Of a stretch of DNA of 64,000 nt, positions 49,107-60,388 are shown piece after piece. Below the pieces are notes generated by a model that had not been told where the DNA came from, ran no database searches, and worked only from the letters and a program-made list of their open reading frames with translations. Position numbers and translations under genes: made by a program. Source of the DNA: an uncultured Thiotrichales bacterium (GTDB taxonomy: Bacteria; Pseudomonadota; Gammaproteobacteria; UWMA-0217). The stretch lies in contig CAZTOZ010000059.1 in NCBI GenBank assembly GCA_964614535.1, forward strand, positions 991 to 64,990. Reading direction: 5' to 3'. Position 1 is the first letter of the stretch, and every line of letters starts with the position of its first letter.

Positions 49107-51278
49107 TCAGCCCAGCGGGCGCATCAGTTTCATCACTTCGGGAATATGCCGCAGTTTGCGCAGGATGTCGGCCAGATGCTTGCGGTTACGCACGTCCACG
49201 ACCATGTAGATGGTCGACGCGACGGCGTCCTCATCGTTGATACTCACACCGGAGATGTTGGCCCCCTGGGCGGAAATGGTGGAGGCGATGCGGGCGAGCA
49301 CGCCCCGCTCGTTACGGGTCACGAGGCGGATGCTGGCCGGGAACTCCTCGTCCAGCGCCGGCGACCACTCCACCGAGAGGATGCGGCCACTGTCGCTGAC
49401 ACGCCGCACGTTGCTGCATTCGGCGCGGTGCACGACCAGCCCCTTGCCGGTGGTCATCGTGCCGACGATCGGATCGCCCGGTATCGGGGTGCAGCATTTG
49501 GCGAAGTTGAGCACCATGCCTTCCGCGCCCTCGATCAACAACGGGCTGTCGCTGCCACCGCCTTCGCCTTGCGGCGTCTCCGCCAGCAGTTTGCCGGCGA
49601 TGACCGCCGGCAGCCGCTCGCCGGTGCCGATATCGAAAAAGAGCGCGTCGGCACCGTCATAGCCCAGCTCTTCGAGCACGGCGTCCAGGGTGTCCGGCAA
49701 TACCGGATCGTGGTAACCGTGCTGGGCCAGCGCATTCTCCAGCAGCAGCCGCCCCTGCTCCTCCGCCTCCTGACGCCGCAGATTCTTCAGATAGGCGCGG
49801 ATGTTGTGCCGTGCCTTGGCGGTGACCACGTAGTTGAGCCAGACCGAGCGCGGACGGGCATTGGGGGCGGTGATGACCTCGACGGTCTGGCCGTTCTGCA
49901 GCGGCGTGGAGAGTGGCGCCAGATGGCGGTCGATCTTGATGGCGACGCAGGCATTGCCGATGTCGGTGTGGACGGCATAGGCGAAATCGAGGCCGGTGGC
50001 GCCACGCGGCAGCTCCATGATCTCGCCGCGCGGGGTGAAGACATAGACCTCGTCGGGGAAGAGGTCGACCTTGACGTTCTCCATGAATTCCAGCGCGTTG
50101 CCGGTGTTGTGCTGCAGATCCATCACCGTGCGCAGCCACTCGTGGGCGCGGCGCTGAGCCGCGGTGCTGTGTTCGTCACCACTCTTGTAGTGCCAGTGGG
50201 CGGCGATGCCGGTCTCGGCCACCTGATCCATCGCCTCGGTGCGGATCTGCACCTCGATGGGGATGCCGTGGGGACCGAACAGGACGGTATGCAGTGACTG
50301 GTAGCCGTTGGCCTTGGGGATCGCAATGTAGTCCTTGAAGCGGCCCGGCAACGGTTTATAGAGCGTATGCACCGCGCCGAGGACGCGATAGCAGGTATCC
50401 TTGTTCTCGACGACGATGCGGATGGCGAAGACGTCGAACACCTCACTGAACGAGAGATGCTTGTCGCGCATCTTGCGATAGATGCTCCAGAGGTTCTTCT
50501 CGCGCCCGTGGACCCGCGCCTGAACCCCATACTCCTCCAGACGCCGGACGATGGAGCCTTCCACCTTGTGCATCAGCTCCTTGCGCTGCCCCTTGATCCT
50601 CTTCACCGAGGCCTCCAGCACCCGATAACGCATCGGGTAGAGCGCCTCGAAACCCAGCCGCTCCAGCTCGCGGCGGATCGCGCTCATGCCGAGCCGCTGG
50701 GCAATGGGAGCGTAGATCTCCAGCGTCTCGCGAGCAATGCGGCGCCGCTTCTGGGGCCGCAACACCATGATGGTCCGCATGTTGTGGAGTCGATCGGCGA
50801 GTTTCACCAGAATGACCCGCAGATCGCTGGCCATGGCCAGCATCATCTTGCGGAAGTTGGCCGCCTGTGCCTCCTCGCGGGAGTCGAACTTGAGGTGGGT
50901 CAGCTTGCTGACACCATCGACGAGCATTGCCACATCCTCGCCAAACTGTTCGGAGATGGTGTCACGCCCGATCGGCGTGTCCTCGATGACGTCGTGCAGA
51001 ATCGCAGCGGTGATGCTGTCGGCATCCATGTGCATCTCGGCCAAGATGCGGGCCACTGCCAGGGGGTGGTAGATGTAGGCCTCGCCGCTGGCGCGCAACT
51101 GCCCGTCGTGGGCATCGGCACCCAGCAGATAGGCCCGGTAGATGGTCTTGACCTCGTCGGGTTCGAGGTAGGTCTCCAGAATCGCGCACAGGTCGCTGAC
51201 CAGGAACCGTTCCGGTTCGGGCGCATGTCGCAGGGAGGCGCTCTCCTCCGTCTTCAGGCCTGGGGGCTCGCTGGACAT
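49107..51278 (-). CDS. spoT: Bifunctional (p)ppGpp synthetase/hydrolase
   Basis: HD 'LHDVIED', '[12 protein letters not shown]', '[17 protein letters not shown]', TGS 'LDFAYAVHT', '[10 protein letters not shown]', ACT; follows rpoZ. Confidence 0.96.
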   Translation of the reverse strand: MSSEPPGLKTEESASLRHAPEPERFLVSDLCAILETYLEPDEVKTIYRAYLLGADAHDGQLRASGEAYIYHPLAVARILAEMHMDADSITAAILHDVIEDTPIGRDTISEQFGEDVAMLVDGVSKLTHLKFDSREEAQAANFRKMMLAMASDLRVILVKLADRLHNMRTIMVLRPQKRRRIARETLEIYAPIAQRLGMSAIRRELERLGFEALYPMRYRVLEASVKRIKGQRKELMHKVEGSIVRRLEEYGVQARVHGREKNLWSIYRKMRDKHLSFSEVFDVFAIRIVVENKDTCYRVLGAVHTLYKPLPGRFKDYIAIPKANGYQSLHTVLFGPHGIPIEVQIRTEAMDQVAETGIAAHWHYKSGDEHSTAAQRRAHEWLRTVMDLQHNTGNALEFMENVKVDLFPDEVYVFTPRGEIMELPRGATGLDFAYAVHTDIGNACVAIKIDRHLAPLSTPLQNGQTVEVITAPNARPRSVWLNYVVTAKARHNIRAYLKNLRRQEAEEQGRLLLENALAQHGYHDPVLPDTLDAVLEELGYDGADALFFDIGTGERLPAVIAGKLLAETPQGEGGGSDSPLLIEGAEGMVLNFAKCCTPIPGDPIVGTMTTGKGLVVHRAECSNVRRVSDSGRILSVEWSPALDEEFPASIRLVTRNERGVLARIASTISAQGANISGVSINDEDAVASTIYMVVDVRNRKHLADILRKLRHIPEVMKLMRPLG

Positions 51279-51306
51279 CGTCTGCGGCGCGATTCCTGCG
51301 GCGGGG

Positions 51307-51546
51307 TCAGAAGGTCAATACATCCGGCTCGGAACGGTTGAGATCGTCGGGTTGATCCAGCACTTCCAGGCCGATCGTGCCTTCGGCGATCTCGCGCAGG
51401 GCGATGACCGTCGGCTTGTCGTTCTCCTCCTCGACCGTCGGCTGGGAACCGGCGTAGATCTGCCGCGCGCGGCGCGCCGCCGCCAACACCAGATCGAAGC
51501 GGTTGGTGATCTTTTCCATACAGTCTTCCACTGTCACTCGGGCCAT
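51307..51546 (-). CDS. rpoZ: RNA polymerase omega subunit
   Basis: MARVTVEDC...[16 protein letters not shown]...[14 protein letters not shown]. Confidence 0.98.
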   Translation of the reverse strand: MARVTVEDCMEKITNRFDLVLAAARRARQIYAGSQPTVEEENDKPTVIALREIAEGTIGLEVLDQPDDLNRSEPDVLTF

Positions 51547-51607
51547 GGTTTTTCCCTCTTTCGGAATCGGTATCGTGAATCGATCAATTGTATGGGTATC
51601 GCCGGCG

Positions 51608-52222
51608 TTATTCCAATAACTGCTCGATCACCGCGGCATGACGCACCCGCTGCGGCGCCAGCCGCAGGCGACTGGCACGAATGATCCGCTCCAGATCCCC
51701 GACCGCGGTGTCGAAATCGTCGTTGATGACGAGGTAATCGTACTCATCGAAATGGGCGATTTCGTCCCGCGCCTTGCGCATGCGCCGCTCGATGACCTCC
51801 TCACTGTCCTGCCCGCGCCCTTCCAGCCGCTGGCGCAGTGCCTCCAGCGACGGCGGCAGAACATAGATCGACACCACCCCCGGCATCGCCTCGCGCACTT
51901 GCCGCGCGCCCTGCCAATCCATGTCCATGATGACGTCGATGCCGTCGCGCAGCTTCTCCTCGACCAGCGAGCGCTTGCTGCCGTACCTATTGTCGAACAC
52001 GGTGGCATATTCGAGGAACGCCCCCTGTTCGACCATCCGCTCGAAGGCCTCGCGCGAAACGAAATAGTAGTCCACGCCATCCTGCTCGCCGGGACGCGGC
52101 GGGCGTGTGGTGTGGGAGATCGACACCTCCAGATCAGCGACCTGCTCCAGCACCGCCCGCACCAACGAACTCTTGCCCGCGCCGGAAGGTGCCGACACAA
52201 TAAATAACGTTCCCGAAAACAT
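51608..52222 (-). CDS. gmk: Guanylate kinase
   Basis: '[11 protein letters not shown]', '[19 protein letters not shown]', '[12 protein letters not shown]'. Confidence 0.97.
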   Translation of the reverse strand: MFSGTLFIVSAPSGAGKSSLVRAVLEQVADLEVSISHTTRPPRPGEQDGVDYYFVSREAFERMVEQGAFLEYATVFDNRYGSKRSLVEEKLRDGIDVIMDMDWQGARQVREAMPGVVSIYVLPPSLEALRQRLEGRGQDSEEVIERRMRKARDEIAHFDEYDYLVINDDFDTAVGDLERIIRASRLRLAPQRVRHAAVIEQLLE

Positions 52223-52436
52223 CTCTTCCACCTACTCCCGTTGTCCCCTCCCCCCAGCGGTGGAAGGGCTTGAATTTTGCTTTGATTTCCGCCACTTGGA
52301 CGGTGCCATATGAATTCGTGCGCCCTCGGCGACGTAGCCGCGCCGCGCTCCCCCATCCGGCAGCGAGTGCCAACGAATGGGGACGGAACCGTTATACTTG
52401 GTACGTCATCGCAGCGAATCCTGTCACGATCCGATC

Positions 52437-53390
52437 ATGCGCCATTCCTATCGACAATATCCACCCCGCCACCACTGGGGCCGCCGCCGTCGCAGCGGAT
52501 TCAGCCTGCGCTGGATACCGATTCTGCTGTTCGCCGGATATTTCGCATTCTACTACTTCGGCCATCAGGAGACGGTCCCGCTCACCGGCCGTTCACAACT
52601 GGTGGACATCGACCGCGAGCAGGAGATGCAGCTCGGCCTGCAATCCTGGAGCCAGATCGAGCGACAGTCCCGGCTGATCCGCAGCGGCCACAACCTCGAC
52701 GTCATCCGCGAAGTGGGACGACGGATCGCCAAGGCCGCCGCCAACGAGGATCCAGGGTTCGACTGGGAGTTCAACCTCATCGACTCCGACCAAATCAACG
52801 CCTTCGCCCTGCCCGGCGGCAAGGTCGCCTTCTACACCGGCATCCTGCCGATTGCGCAGAACGCCGATGGCGTCGCCGCCATCATGGGGCACGAGATCGC
52901 CCACGCCATCGCCCGCCACGGCGCCGAACGGATGGCTTACCAGAAACTGGTTCAGTTCGGCTCGATGGCCGCCAGTGTCGCCCTCGGCGACATGGACTGG
53001 GGCACCCGTCGCGCCGTCATGGGCGCCATGGGGGCCGGCAGCCAGTACGGCATTCTGCTGCCTTTCTCCCGCAAACACGAATCCGAGGCCGACTACATCG
53101 GTCTCATCTACATGGCACGCGCCTGCTACGATCCGCGCGAGGCACCAAAACTCTGGCGCCGAATGCAGCAGGCCGGCAGCGGCAGCACCGCCGAGTTCGC
53201 CTCCACCCACCCCAGCCCCGAGACCCGCATCCGCAATTTTGAGCAGTGGATGCCGGAAGCCCTGAAAATCTACGAACAATATTGCGGCGACACCGCAACC
53301 AACCCATCACAACGACCACCAAACGAACCCGAGACACCCGCGGCCACCCTGCCCCAACGGCAGGAGGCCGGCGGCCCGGGCTATTTCTGA
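52437..53390 (+). CDS. M48-family zinc metalloprotease
   Basis: 'INAFALPGGKV', 'GHEIAH' (HExxH), 'FSRKHESEAD', 'STHP'. Confidence 0.93.
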   Translation: MRHSYRQYPPRHHWGRRRRSGFSLRWIPILLFAGYFAFYYFGHQETVPLTGRSQLVDIDREQEMQLGLQSWSQIERQSRLIRSGHNLDVIREVGRRIAKAAANEDPGFDWEFNLIDSDQINAFALPGGKVAFYTGILPIAQNADGVAAIMGHEIAHAIARHGAERMAYQKLVQFGSMAASVALGDMDWGTRRAVMGAMGAGSQYGILLPFSRKHESEADYIGLIYMARACYDPREAPKLWRRMQQAGSGSTAEFASTHPSPETRIRNFEQWMPEALKIYEQYCGDTATNPSQRPPNEPETPAATLPQRQEAGGPGYF

Positions 53391-53406
53391 CCTGAGGAGC
53401 AACACC

Positions 53407-53613
53407 ATGTCCGTAGCACGAGTCACCGAAATCATCGCCTCATCCGAAAAAAGCTTCGACGACGCCGTCAAGACTGGGATCAAGCGAGCCAACAAAACAC
53501 TGAAGAACGTCAAGGGCGCTTGGGTCAGCGACCACAACGTCAAGTGCGGCAAGAACGGAAAGATCAGCGAATATCGCGTCCGGCTGAAGGTGACGTTCGT
53601 GCTCGAAGATTGA
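53407..53613 (+). CDS. Dodecin-family flavin-binding protein
   Basis: MSVARVTEIIASSEKSFDDAV...EYRVRLKVTF. Confidence 0.92.
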   Translation: MSVARVTEIIASSEKSFDDAVKTGIKRANKTLKNVKGAWVSDHNVKCGKNGKISEYRVRLKVTFVLED

Positions 53614-53909
53614 GGCCCGAACAGAGAGTCTCGGTCATTTCCCGCCGACGAAGGCCGGCAGCCCAGCCCGAGTCCTTCGCGAGATCGCCGGTGGCAAGCC
53701 CCGATACATCGATTGGCACCGGGTCCGGGAGGTGTTGGCAAAGTGTGCCTCCCACCCCACCACCCGGCAGCGACCGGGAGAACCCCGGCCCCGCTTTGCC
53801 CGATTCGCCTGTTGCACAGCGCTGTTGACGAGCCGGAAGACCGGCACACCAATCCCCCCCGGAACCCGGCCATTCCGTCGGAGAGGGGGCCAATATCGGA
53901 CATCCGACC

Positions 53910-54515
53910 ATGCAATATCTGTGGCTCGCCATCTTTTTCGCTGTTCTTGGTTGGTCGGCCATTCAGCCAAAGGACCCTTTCACCTGGCTGCTGGAAGTCG
54001 CGCCGGCGCTGATCGGTATCGCCGTGCTGGCCATGACGCGCAGGCGGTTCCCGCTGACGCCACTGGCCTATTTCCTGATTCTGCTTCACAGCATCATTCT
54101 GATGATCGGCGGGCACTACACCTATGCCGAGGTGCCGGCGGGACAATGGGTGAGCGACCTGTTCGGCTGGTCGCGCAACAACTACGACAAGCTGGGGCAT
54201 CTGGCCCAGGGTTTCGTGCCAGCGATTCTGGCACGGGAGATCATCATTCGGCGGCACGTGGTGAACGGTCGCGGTTGGGTGAATTTCTTCGCGCTCTGTT
54301 TCTGTCTGGCGTTCTCCGCCTTCTATGAGTTGATCGAATGGTGGGCGGCGTTGTTGTCGGGCGAGGGCGCGGAGGCTTTTCTCGGTACCCAGGGCTATCA
54401 GTGGGATACGCAGTCGGACATGTGGTATGCGCTGCTTGGCGCGATGTCGGCGCTCATGCTGCTGGGGAAGGTCCATGACCGACAGCTGACGCAGCTTGAA
54501 TCACCCCCTGCCTGA
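53910..54515 (+). CDS. DUF2238 (YjdF-like) membrane protein
   Basis: 'TWLLEVAP', 'GGHYTYAEVP', 'RNNYDKLGH', 'YELIEW', 'FLGTQGYQWDTQSDM'. Confidence 0.9.
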   Translation: MQYLWLAIFFAVLGWSAIQPKDPFTWLLEVAPALIGIAVLAMTRRRFPLTPLAYFLILLHSIILMIGGHYTYAEVPAGQWVSDLFGWSRNNYDKLGHLAQGFVPAILAREIIIRRHVVNGRGWVNFFALCFCLAFSAFYELIEWWAALLSGEGAEAFLGTQGYQWDTQSDMWYALLGAMSALMLLGKVHDRQLTQLESPPA

Positions 54516-54535
54516 CAGCATACCGGCCGCGGGTA

Positions 54536-55504
54536 TCAATACTCCCGCTGCACCGACATCGCCACCAGCGCCGCCATCGCGTCGCGATATGCCGAGGCCG
54601 GCACCGCCGCCAGCGCCTGTTGCGCCTTTTCCGCCTCGGCACGGGCCACGTCGCGGGTGTAGTCGGTGGCACGAGTGTCGTGGATGATCTGCTGAACGTC
54701 GTCGATGTACTTGCGCCCCCCCTCCTCGATGGCCTCGCGGATCAGCGCCGCCTGGGCCTGGCTGCCCTTTCGCATGGCGTGGATCAATGGCAGCGTCGGC
54801 TTGCCTTCTTCCAGATCGTCGCCCAACGCCTTGCCGAGCTTCTCCTCGGTGGCCTCGTAGTCGAGCACATCGTCGATAAGCTGGAAGGCGCAGCCCAGGT
54901 GACGGCCGTAGACGGCCAGCGCCTCCTCTTCCGCCGTCGGGCGCTTGCCGAGCACGGCACCGAGGCGGGTGGCCGCCTCGAAGAGTTTGGCGGTCTTGGC
55001 GTGGATGACGGCGAGGTAGCGCTCCTCCGTGGTGTCCGGGTCGTGGATGTTGAGCAACTGCATCACCTCGCCCTCGGCGATGGTATTGGTGGTGGAGGCG
55101 AGAATCTCCATCACCCGCATGTCGGCCACCTCCACCATCATTTCGAAGGAGCGTGAGTAGAGGAAGTCTCCCACCAACACCGCGGCCTCGTTGCCCCAGA
55201 GGGCATTGGCCGTCTCCTTGCCCCGGCGCAGCTCGGAGGCGTCGACGACATCGTCGTGCAGCAGCGTGGCGGTGTGGATGAATTCGATGATCGCCGCGGT
55301 GAGGTGGGCGCGGGCATCGAGGGCGCCGCAGGCACCAGCAGCCAGCAGCACCAGCGCCGGGCGCAAACGTTTGCCGCCACTGTTGACGATATAGTGGCCC
55401 ATCTGGTTGATGAGGACGACATCCGAGGCGAGACGATCGATGATCAGATCGTTGACGGCCTGCATATCCGTTGCGACCAGTTGAAGGGGGGCTTTAGCTG
55501 ACAT
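54536..55504 (-). CDS. ispB: Octaprenyl diphosphate synthase
   Basis: 'GGKRLRP', 'EFIHTATLLHDDVVD', 'FQLIDDVLDY', 'DLEEGKPTLP'. Confidence 0.95.
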   Translation of the reverse strand: MSAKAPLQLVATDMQAVNDLIIDRLASDVVLINQMGHYIVNSGGKRLRPALVLLAAGACGALDARAHLTAAIIEFIHTATLLHDDVVDASELRRGKETANALWGNEAAVLVGDFLYSRSFEMMVEVADMRVMEILASTTNTIAEGEVMQLLNIHDPDTTEERYLAVIHAKTAKLFEAATRLGAVLGKRPTAEEEALAVYGRHLGCAFQLIDDVLDYEATEEKLGKALGDDLEEGKPTLPLIHAMRKGSQAQAALIREAIEEGGRKYIDDVQQIIHDTRATDYTRDVARAEAEKAQQALAAVPASAYRDAMAALVAMSVQREY

Positions 55505-55555
55505 GGCGTGGATGCTAGTGTGTTGCCCCCTTCAAGGCAATCCCTCCAGCACGCA

Positions 55556-57115
55556 TTGAGCAAGAAACTCCTCCACTCCTCCGCCATCGTCTCCGGCATG
55601 ACGCTGATCTCGCGGCTGGTCGGGTTCGTGCGCGACATGATCATTGCGGTAACGTTCGGCGCCACCGGCACCACCGACGCCTTCTTCGTTGCGTTTCGCA
55701 TCCCCAATCTGTTGCGGCGGATGTTCGCCGAAGGGGCTTTTGCCCAGGCTTTCGTGCCGGTGTTCACCGAGTACCGGGAGCAGCGCAGCGGAACGGCGCT
55801 GCGCGACCTGACCGATCACGTCGCTGGCGCGCTGCTGTTGCTGCTGACACTGATCACCACCGTCGGCGTGATCGCCGCGCCCCTGCTGATCTGGCTGTTC
55901 GCTCCCGGTTTCGGCGCGGACCCGGAGAAACAGCAGCTCGCCACCACCATGCTGCGGATCACCTTTCCCTACGCGCTGTTCATCTCACTGACCGCGCTGG
56001 CCGGGGGCATCCTCAACAGCTTCGGCCGGTTCGCAGTGCCGGCGTTCACGCCGGTTTTTCTCAACCTCTGCCTCATCGCGGCGGCATTGTGGCTGGCACC
56101 GCTACTCGACGAGCCGGTGACCGCACTGGCCTGGGGGGTGTTCATCGCCGGCATCGTCCAGCTTGCCTTCCAGGTCCCCGCACTGATGAAGATCGGCCTG
56201 CTGCCTCGACCACGCTGGCGACGCGCCCATGAGGGCGTCCGACGTATCGGCAGGCTGATGCTGCCGGCACTGTTCGGCTCGTCGGTGGCACAACTCAATA
56301 TGCTGCTCAACACCATCATCGCTTCATTTCTGGTCAGTGGCAGCATCTCCTGGCTCTATTTCTCCGATCGTTTCGTGGAGCTGCCGCTGGCCCTGTTCGG
56401 CATCGCCCTGAGCACAGTGATTCTGCCCAAGCTGTCGGCCGAGCACGCCAGTGACGATCCCGACGCCTTCAGCCATACACTGGACTGGGGGCTGCGATTG
56501 GGACTCATCATCGCAATTCCGGCAATGCTGGGCCTGATGCTGCTGGCCACGCCGATCATCGCCACGCTGTTGCAATACCAGGCCTTCACCCCATTCGAAA
56601 CGCGCATGGTTGCCATGGCACTGGCCGTCTATGCGGTCGGCCTGCCCGGCTTCGTACTGGTGAAAATTCTCGCCCCCGGCTTCTATGCCCGCCAGGACAC
56701 CACAACACCGGTAAAAACCGGCCTCATCGCCATTGGCGTCAATATCGCACTCTATGGCTTGCTGGTGGTGCCATGGATTCTGCTGGACGGCCCCGCCCCC
56801 CATGCGGCGCTGGCCTTCTGTACCGCGATGGCGTCGTTCGTCAACGCCGGCCTGCTGTTTCGCAAACTGCGCCAGCTCGGCATCTACCGGCCCGTCACCG
56901 GGTGGGCATCACTGGCCGTCAGGGTCGCCATCGCCTGTTTGGTGATGGCCCTGCTACTGTCGACCATCACCCCCGACGCGGATCATTGGGCGAGCTGGTC
57001 GATCGCCACCCGCGCCACCGTCCTCGCTGGATTGATCGGCTGCGCAGTCATCGCCTATCTGGGCAGCCTCTGGTTGATGGGCATTCGTCCACGGGCATTG
57101 TTGTCCTCCCATTGA
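55556..57115 (+). CDS. murJ: Lipid II flippase
   Basis: 'SRLVGFVRD', 'RIPNLLRRMFAEGAF', 'SWLYFSDRFVELP', 'FYARQDTTTPV'; TTG start chosen. Confidence 0.95.
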   Translation: MSKKLLHSSAIVSGMTLISRLVGFVRDMIIAVTFGATGTTDAFFVAFRIPNLLRRMFAEGAFAQAFVPVFTEYREQRSGTALRDLTDHVAGALLLLLTLITTVGVIAAPLLIWLFAPGFGADPEKQQLATTMLRITFPYALFISLTALAGGILNSFGRFAVPAFTPVFLNLCLIAAALWLAPLLDEPVTALAWGVFIAGIVQLAFQVPALMKIGLLPRPRWRRAHEGVRRIGRLMLPALFGSSVAQLNMLLNTIIASFLVSGSISWLYFSDRFVELPLALFGIALSTVILPKLSAEHASDDPDAFSHTLDWGLRLGLIIAIPAMLGLMLLATPIIATLLQYQAFTPFETRMVAMALAVYAVGLPGFVLVKILAPGFYARQDTTTPVKTGLIAIGVNIALYGLLVVPWILLDGPAPHAALAFCTAMASFVNAGLLFRKLRQLGIYRPVTGWASLAVRVAIACLVMALLLSTITPDADHWASWSIATRATVLAGLIGCAVIAYLGSLWLMGIRPRALLSSH

Positions 57116-57220
57116 ATCGGGAACACCGAAACACCTCGATGCCAGCCGAGCGCCCGCCGCGAGAGCGCCCCTTTTGTCTAGACTTTCGAACACGCGCCGC
57201 CAACCGTCCCGCCAAAACGA

Positions 57221-57245
57221 ACAAGCCGGGCATTGCCCGGCTTGT
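57221..57245 (-). terminator. Intrinsic terminator of alpha operon
   Basis: ACAAGCCGGGC-A/T3-GCCCGGCTTGT; minus-strand tail TCGTTTT. Confidence 0.75.
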
Positions 57246-57272
57246 CTACTCACGTGAACGAAAAACGATCGG

Positions 57273-57662
57273 CTATTCGTCGTCCTCCCCGGCCTCCTCG
57301 GGCAGGGGGCGATCGACCAGCTCCACATAGGCCATCGGCGCGTTGTCGCCCGGTCGATTGCCGCATTTGAGAATCCGCAAATAGCCCCCTGGACGATCCT
57401 TGTAGCGCGGCCCCAGCTCACTGAACAGCTTGCCGGTCATCTCCTTGTCGCGCAGACGGGCGAAGACCAGCCGACGCTTGTGCACGCTGTCTTCCTTGGC
57501 CATGGTGATCAGCGGCTCCGCCACACGCCGCAGCTCCTTGGCCTTCGGCAGCGTGGTCTTGATCAGCTCGTGACGAAACAGGCTGTTCGTCAGATTCTGC
57601 AGCATCGCCTTGCGATGACTGGAATTGCGGTTGAACTGCCTTCCGGCTTTACGGTGACGCAT
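57273..57662 (-). CDS. rplQ: 50S ribosomal protein L17
   Basis: [20 protein letters not shown]. Confidence 0.99.
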   Translation of the reverse strand: MRHRKAGRQFNRNSSHRKAMLQNLTNSLFRHELIKTTLPKAKELRRVAEPLITMAKEDSVHKRRLVFARLRDKEMTGKLFSELGPRYKDRPGGYLRILKCGNRPGDNAPMAYVELVDRPLPEEAGEDDE

Positions 57663-57692
57663 GGGATTTCTACCTTAATACGGTTCTTGGAA

Positions 57693-58691
57693 TCAGGAGG
57701 CTTTCTTGTCGTTGTCGCCAAGCCCCGGCGGCGGCCAGTTCTCCAGACGCATGCCCATCGACAGGCCATGCGAAGCGAGTACGTCCTTGATCTCCGTCAG
57801 CGACTTCTTGCCGAGATTCGGCGTCTTCAGCAGCTCTACCTCGGTGCGCTGAATGAGGTCGCCGATATAGTAGATGTTCTCGGCCTTGAGGCAGTTGGCC
57901 GAACGCACCGTGAGCTCCAGATCGTCGACGGGCCGCAGCAGGATCGGATCCATCTCGTTCTCGCGTTGCTCCGGCTGCGGCTTCTCCTGCTTCTCGAAAT
58001 CGACGAAGATCGCCAGCTGCTGCTGGAGAATCCCAGCCGAGATGCGAATCGCCTCCTCCGGGTCGACCGTGCCGTTGGTCTCGAGATCGATCACCAGCTT
58101 GTCGAGGTTGGTGCTCTGGGCCACCCGCGCATTTTCGACGGTGTAGGCGACACGTCGGATGGGAGAAAAACTGGCGTCCAGCAGCATGTGGCCAATCTCG
58201 CGATTCTCGTCGGGATCGACGCGAACATTGGCCGGCTGATAGCCGCGCCCCTTTTCCACTTTCAACGTCATCTCCAGCGTGGTCTTGCCGGTGATGTTGG
58301 CGATCAAGTGGTCGGGATTGATGATCTCGATGTCGTGATCACCCTGGATATCGGAAGCCAGAACCGGCCCGGGGCCCTTTTTGTTGATGCTGACCATCGC
58401 CTCTTCTTTCGAGTGCATGACCAGCGCCACGCCCTTGAGGTTGAGAAGGATCTCCACCACATCCTGCTGCACACCTTCAATACTGGTGTACTCGTGCAGA
58501 ACACCGGCAATCTGGGCCTCGGTGATTGCGCATCCGGGGATCGAAGAGAGGAGAATACGCCGCAGCGCGTTGCCCAGCGTGTGGCCAAACCCCCTTTCCA
58601 GCGGCTCCAGAATGACCTTGGCCTTGTTGAGACCCTGCTCCTCTACAACGATTTTGCTGGGACGCAGCATCTCGTTAAGACTTCCTGACAT
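57693..58691 (-). CDS. rpoA: RNA polymerase alpha subunit
   Basis: '[23 protein letters not shown]', '[14 protein letters not shown]', 'TPNLGKKSL'. Confidence 0.99.
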   Translation of the reverse strand: MSGSLNEMLRPSKIVVEEQGLNKAKVILEPLERGFGHTLGNALRRILLSSIPGCAITEAQIAGVLHEYTSIEGVQQDVVEILLNLKGVALVMHSKEEAMVSINKKGPGPVLASDIQGDHDIEIINPDHLIANITGKTTLEMTLKVEKGRGYQPANVRVDPDENREIGHMLLDASFSPIRRVAYTVENARVAQSTNLDKLVIDLETNGTVDPEEAIRISAGILQQQLAIFVDFEKQEKPQPEQRENEMDPILLRPVDDLELTVRSANCLKAENIYYIGDLIQRTEVELLKTPNLGKKSLTEIKDVLASHGLSMGMRLENWPPPGLGDNDKKAS

Positions 58692-58714
58692 ATCCGTCAA
58701 ACCTCGTAAACTAC

Positions 58715-59335
58715 TTATTTGGAGTAAAGCTCGACCACGAGCGACTCGTTGATGTCGGCGGCAAGATCGCTACGCTCCGGAACCGCTTTGAAGACGCCCC
58801 GCATCGCCTTGGGGTCGACCTCGACCCACTCCGGCAGGCCGAACTGCTGAGCAATATTTACAGCCTCCTGGATTCTGAGCTGCTTCTTGGCCTTCTCCCT
58901 CACCTCGATGACATCGTCTTTCTGCACCTGGTAGGAAGGGATGTTGACCACCTTGCCGTTGACCATGATCGCCTTGTGACTGACGAGTTGACGGCATTCG
59001 GCGCGCGTGACACCAAAGCCCATCCGATACACCACGTTGTCGAGACGGCATTCGAGCAGACGCAAAAGGTTTTCGCCGGTGGAACCCTTCTGCTGGGCGG
59101 CTTTCTTGAAGTAGTTGCGGAACTGCTTCTCCAGAACGCCGTACATACGGCGCAGCTTCTGCTTCTCGCGTAGCTGCAGGCCATAGTCTGAAAGCCGGCT
59201 GCGACGGTCACCGTGCTGCCCCGGCACCTTGTCGAGCTTGCACTTGCTGTCGATGGCACGCGCACGGCTCTTGAGAAACAGGTCAGTGCCTTCACGGCGG
59301 CTGAGCTTGCACTTCGGTCCAATATATCTTGCCAT
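58715..59335 (-). CDS. rpsD: 30S ribosomal protein S4
   Basis: [16 protein letters not shown]. Confidence 0.99.
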   Translation of the reverse strand: MARYIGPKCKLSRREGTDLFLKSRARAIDSKCKLDKVPGQHGDRRSRLSDYGLQLREKQKLRRMYGVLEKQFRNYFKKAAQQKGSTGENLLRLLECRLDNVVYRMGFGVTRAECRQLVSHKAIMVNGKVVNIPSYQVQKDDVIEVREKAKKQLRIQEAVNIAQQFGLPEWVEVDPKAMRGVFKAVPERSDLAADINESLVVELYSK

Positions 59336-59338
59336 TTC

Positions 59339-59728
59339 TTAAACCCGACGTTTCTTCGGAGGACGACAGCCGTTGTGGGGAATCGGCGTGACGTCGGTAA
59401 TCAGAGTGATCTTGTATCCGATGTTATTGAGCGCGCGAACCGCAGAGTCACGTCCAGGCCCCGGCCCCTTGACCCTGACCTCCAGGTTTTTCAACCCATA
59501 GTCCCGGGCCGCCTCACCAGCACGCTCCGACGCCACCTGCGCGGCAAACGGCGTACTCTTGCGCGAACCGCGAAAACCCGACCCCCCGGAGGTGGCCCAA
59601 GCCAGCGTATTGCCCTGGCGATCGGTGATCGTGATGATGGTATTGTTGAAGGAGGCGTAGATGTGGGCGATACCATCGGTAACGACCTTCTTGACCTTCT
59701 TCTTGCTTCGGTTTTGAGCCTTGGCCAT
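59339..59728 (-). CDS. rpsK: 30S ribosomal protein S11
   Basis: '[12 protein letters not shown]', '[15 protein letters not shown]'. Confidence 0.99.
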   Translation of the reverse strand: MAKAQNRSKKKVKKVVTDGIAHIYASFNNTIITITDRQGNTLAWATSGGSGFRGSRKSTPFAAQVASERAGEAARDYGLKNLEVRVKGPGPGRDSAVRALNNIGYKITLITDVTPIPHNGCRPPKKRRV

Positions 59729-59748
59729 ATGAAATTACCTGACTAACC

Positions 59749-60105
59749 TTATCTCTTGATGGGGCGGCGCGGCCCCTTCCTGGTACGCGCATTGGTCCGG
59801 GTGCGCTGCCCCCGCAGCGGCAGGCCGCGACGATGACGAATCCCGCGAAAGCAGCCAAGATCCATCAAACGCTTGATATTCATCGACACCTCGCGGCGCA
59901 GGTCACCCTCTACGGTAAACTTGCCGACCTCGGCGCGCAGACTCTCGATCTCGGCCTCGCTCAGATCACGCATCTTGCGCGACGGTTCGACACCGGCGGC
60001 CTCGCAGATCTGTTTGGCACGCGTCCGTCCGATGCCATAGATCGACGTCAGCGCGATCACCGCGTGCTTGTTATCGGGTATGTTGATACCTGCAATACGA
60101 GCCAT
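59749..60105 (-). CDS. rpsM: 30S ribosomal protein S13
   Basis: [10 protein letters not shown]...[12 protein letters not shown]. Confidence 0.99.
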   Translation of the reverse strand: MARIAGINIPDNKHAVIALTSIYGIGRTRAKQICEAAGVEPSRKMRDLSEAEIESLRAEVGKFTVEGDLRREVSMNIKRLMDLGCFRGIRHRRGLPLRGQRTRTNARTRKGPRRPIKR

Positions 60106-60145
60106 TTATGTTCTCCAACATCGCCCCCGTAAAAAAGGGTGCGCA

Positions 60146-60174
60146 ATTCTATGTAGTTGGCAGCGGAAACACAA
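60146..60174 (-). promoter_or_regulatory. Candidate alpha-operon sigma70 promoter
   Basis: Minus strand TTGTGT-N17-TAGAAT, 40 bp before rpsM. Confidence 0.55.
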
Positions 60175-60245
60175 CCCCTGTCACACAATCCGGCGAGTTG
60201 CCGGGGTTGACGCGTCTCCGGTTCGCCCCGTGGGGTTGAATTCGC

Positions 60246-60359
60246 TCAACCCTGGCGTTGCTTGTGCCGCGGATCCTTGCAGATGACGCGCACGACACCC
60301 TTGCGGCGTACGATCTTGCAGTCGCGGCAGATCTTCTTGACTGATGCTCGAACTTTCAT
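60246..60359 (-). CDS. rpmJ: 50S ribosomal protein L36 (zinc-binding form)
   Basis: Not in ORF track; manual: [37 protein letters not shown]. Confidence 0.98.
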   Translation of the reverse strand: MKVRASVKKICRDCKIVRRKGVVRVICKDPRHKQRQG

Positions 60360-60388
60360 CTTCCGACCCTAAAATGGTTACAAACGGA

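Noticed and set aside
53826-53895. GAGCCG...GGAGAGGGGGC resembling group II intron domain V/VI
   Set aside because: Spacing and pairing do not fit the ~34-nt D5 hairpin; no intron-encoded RT nearby
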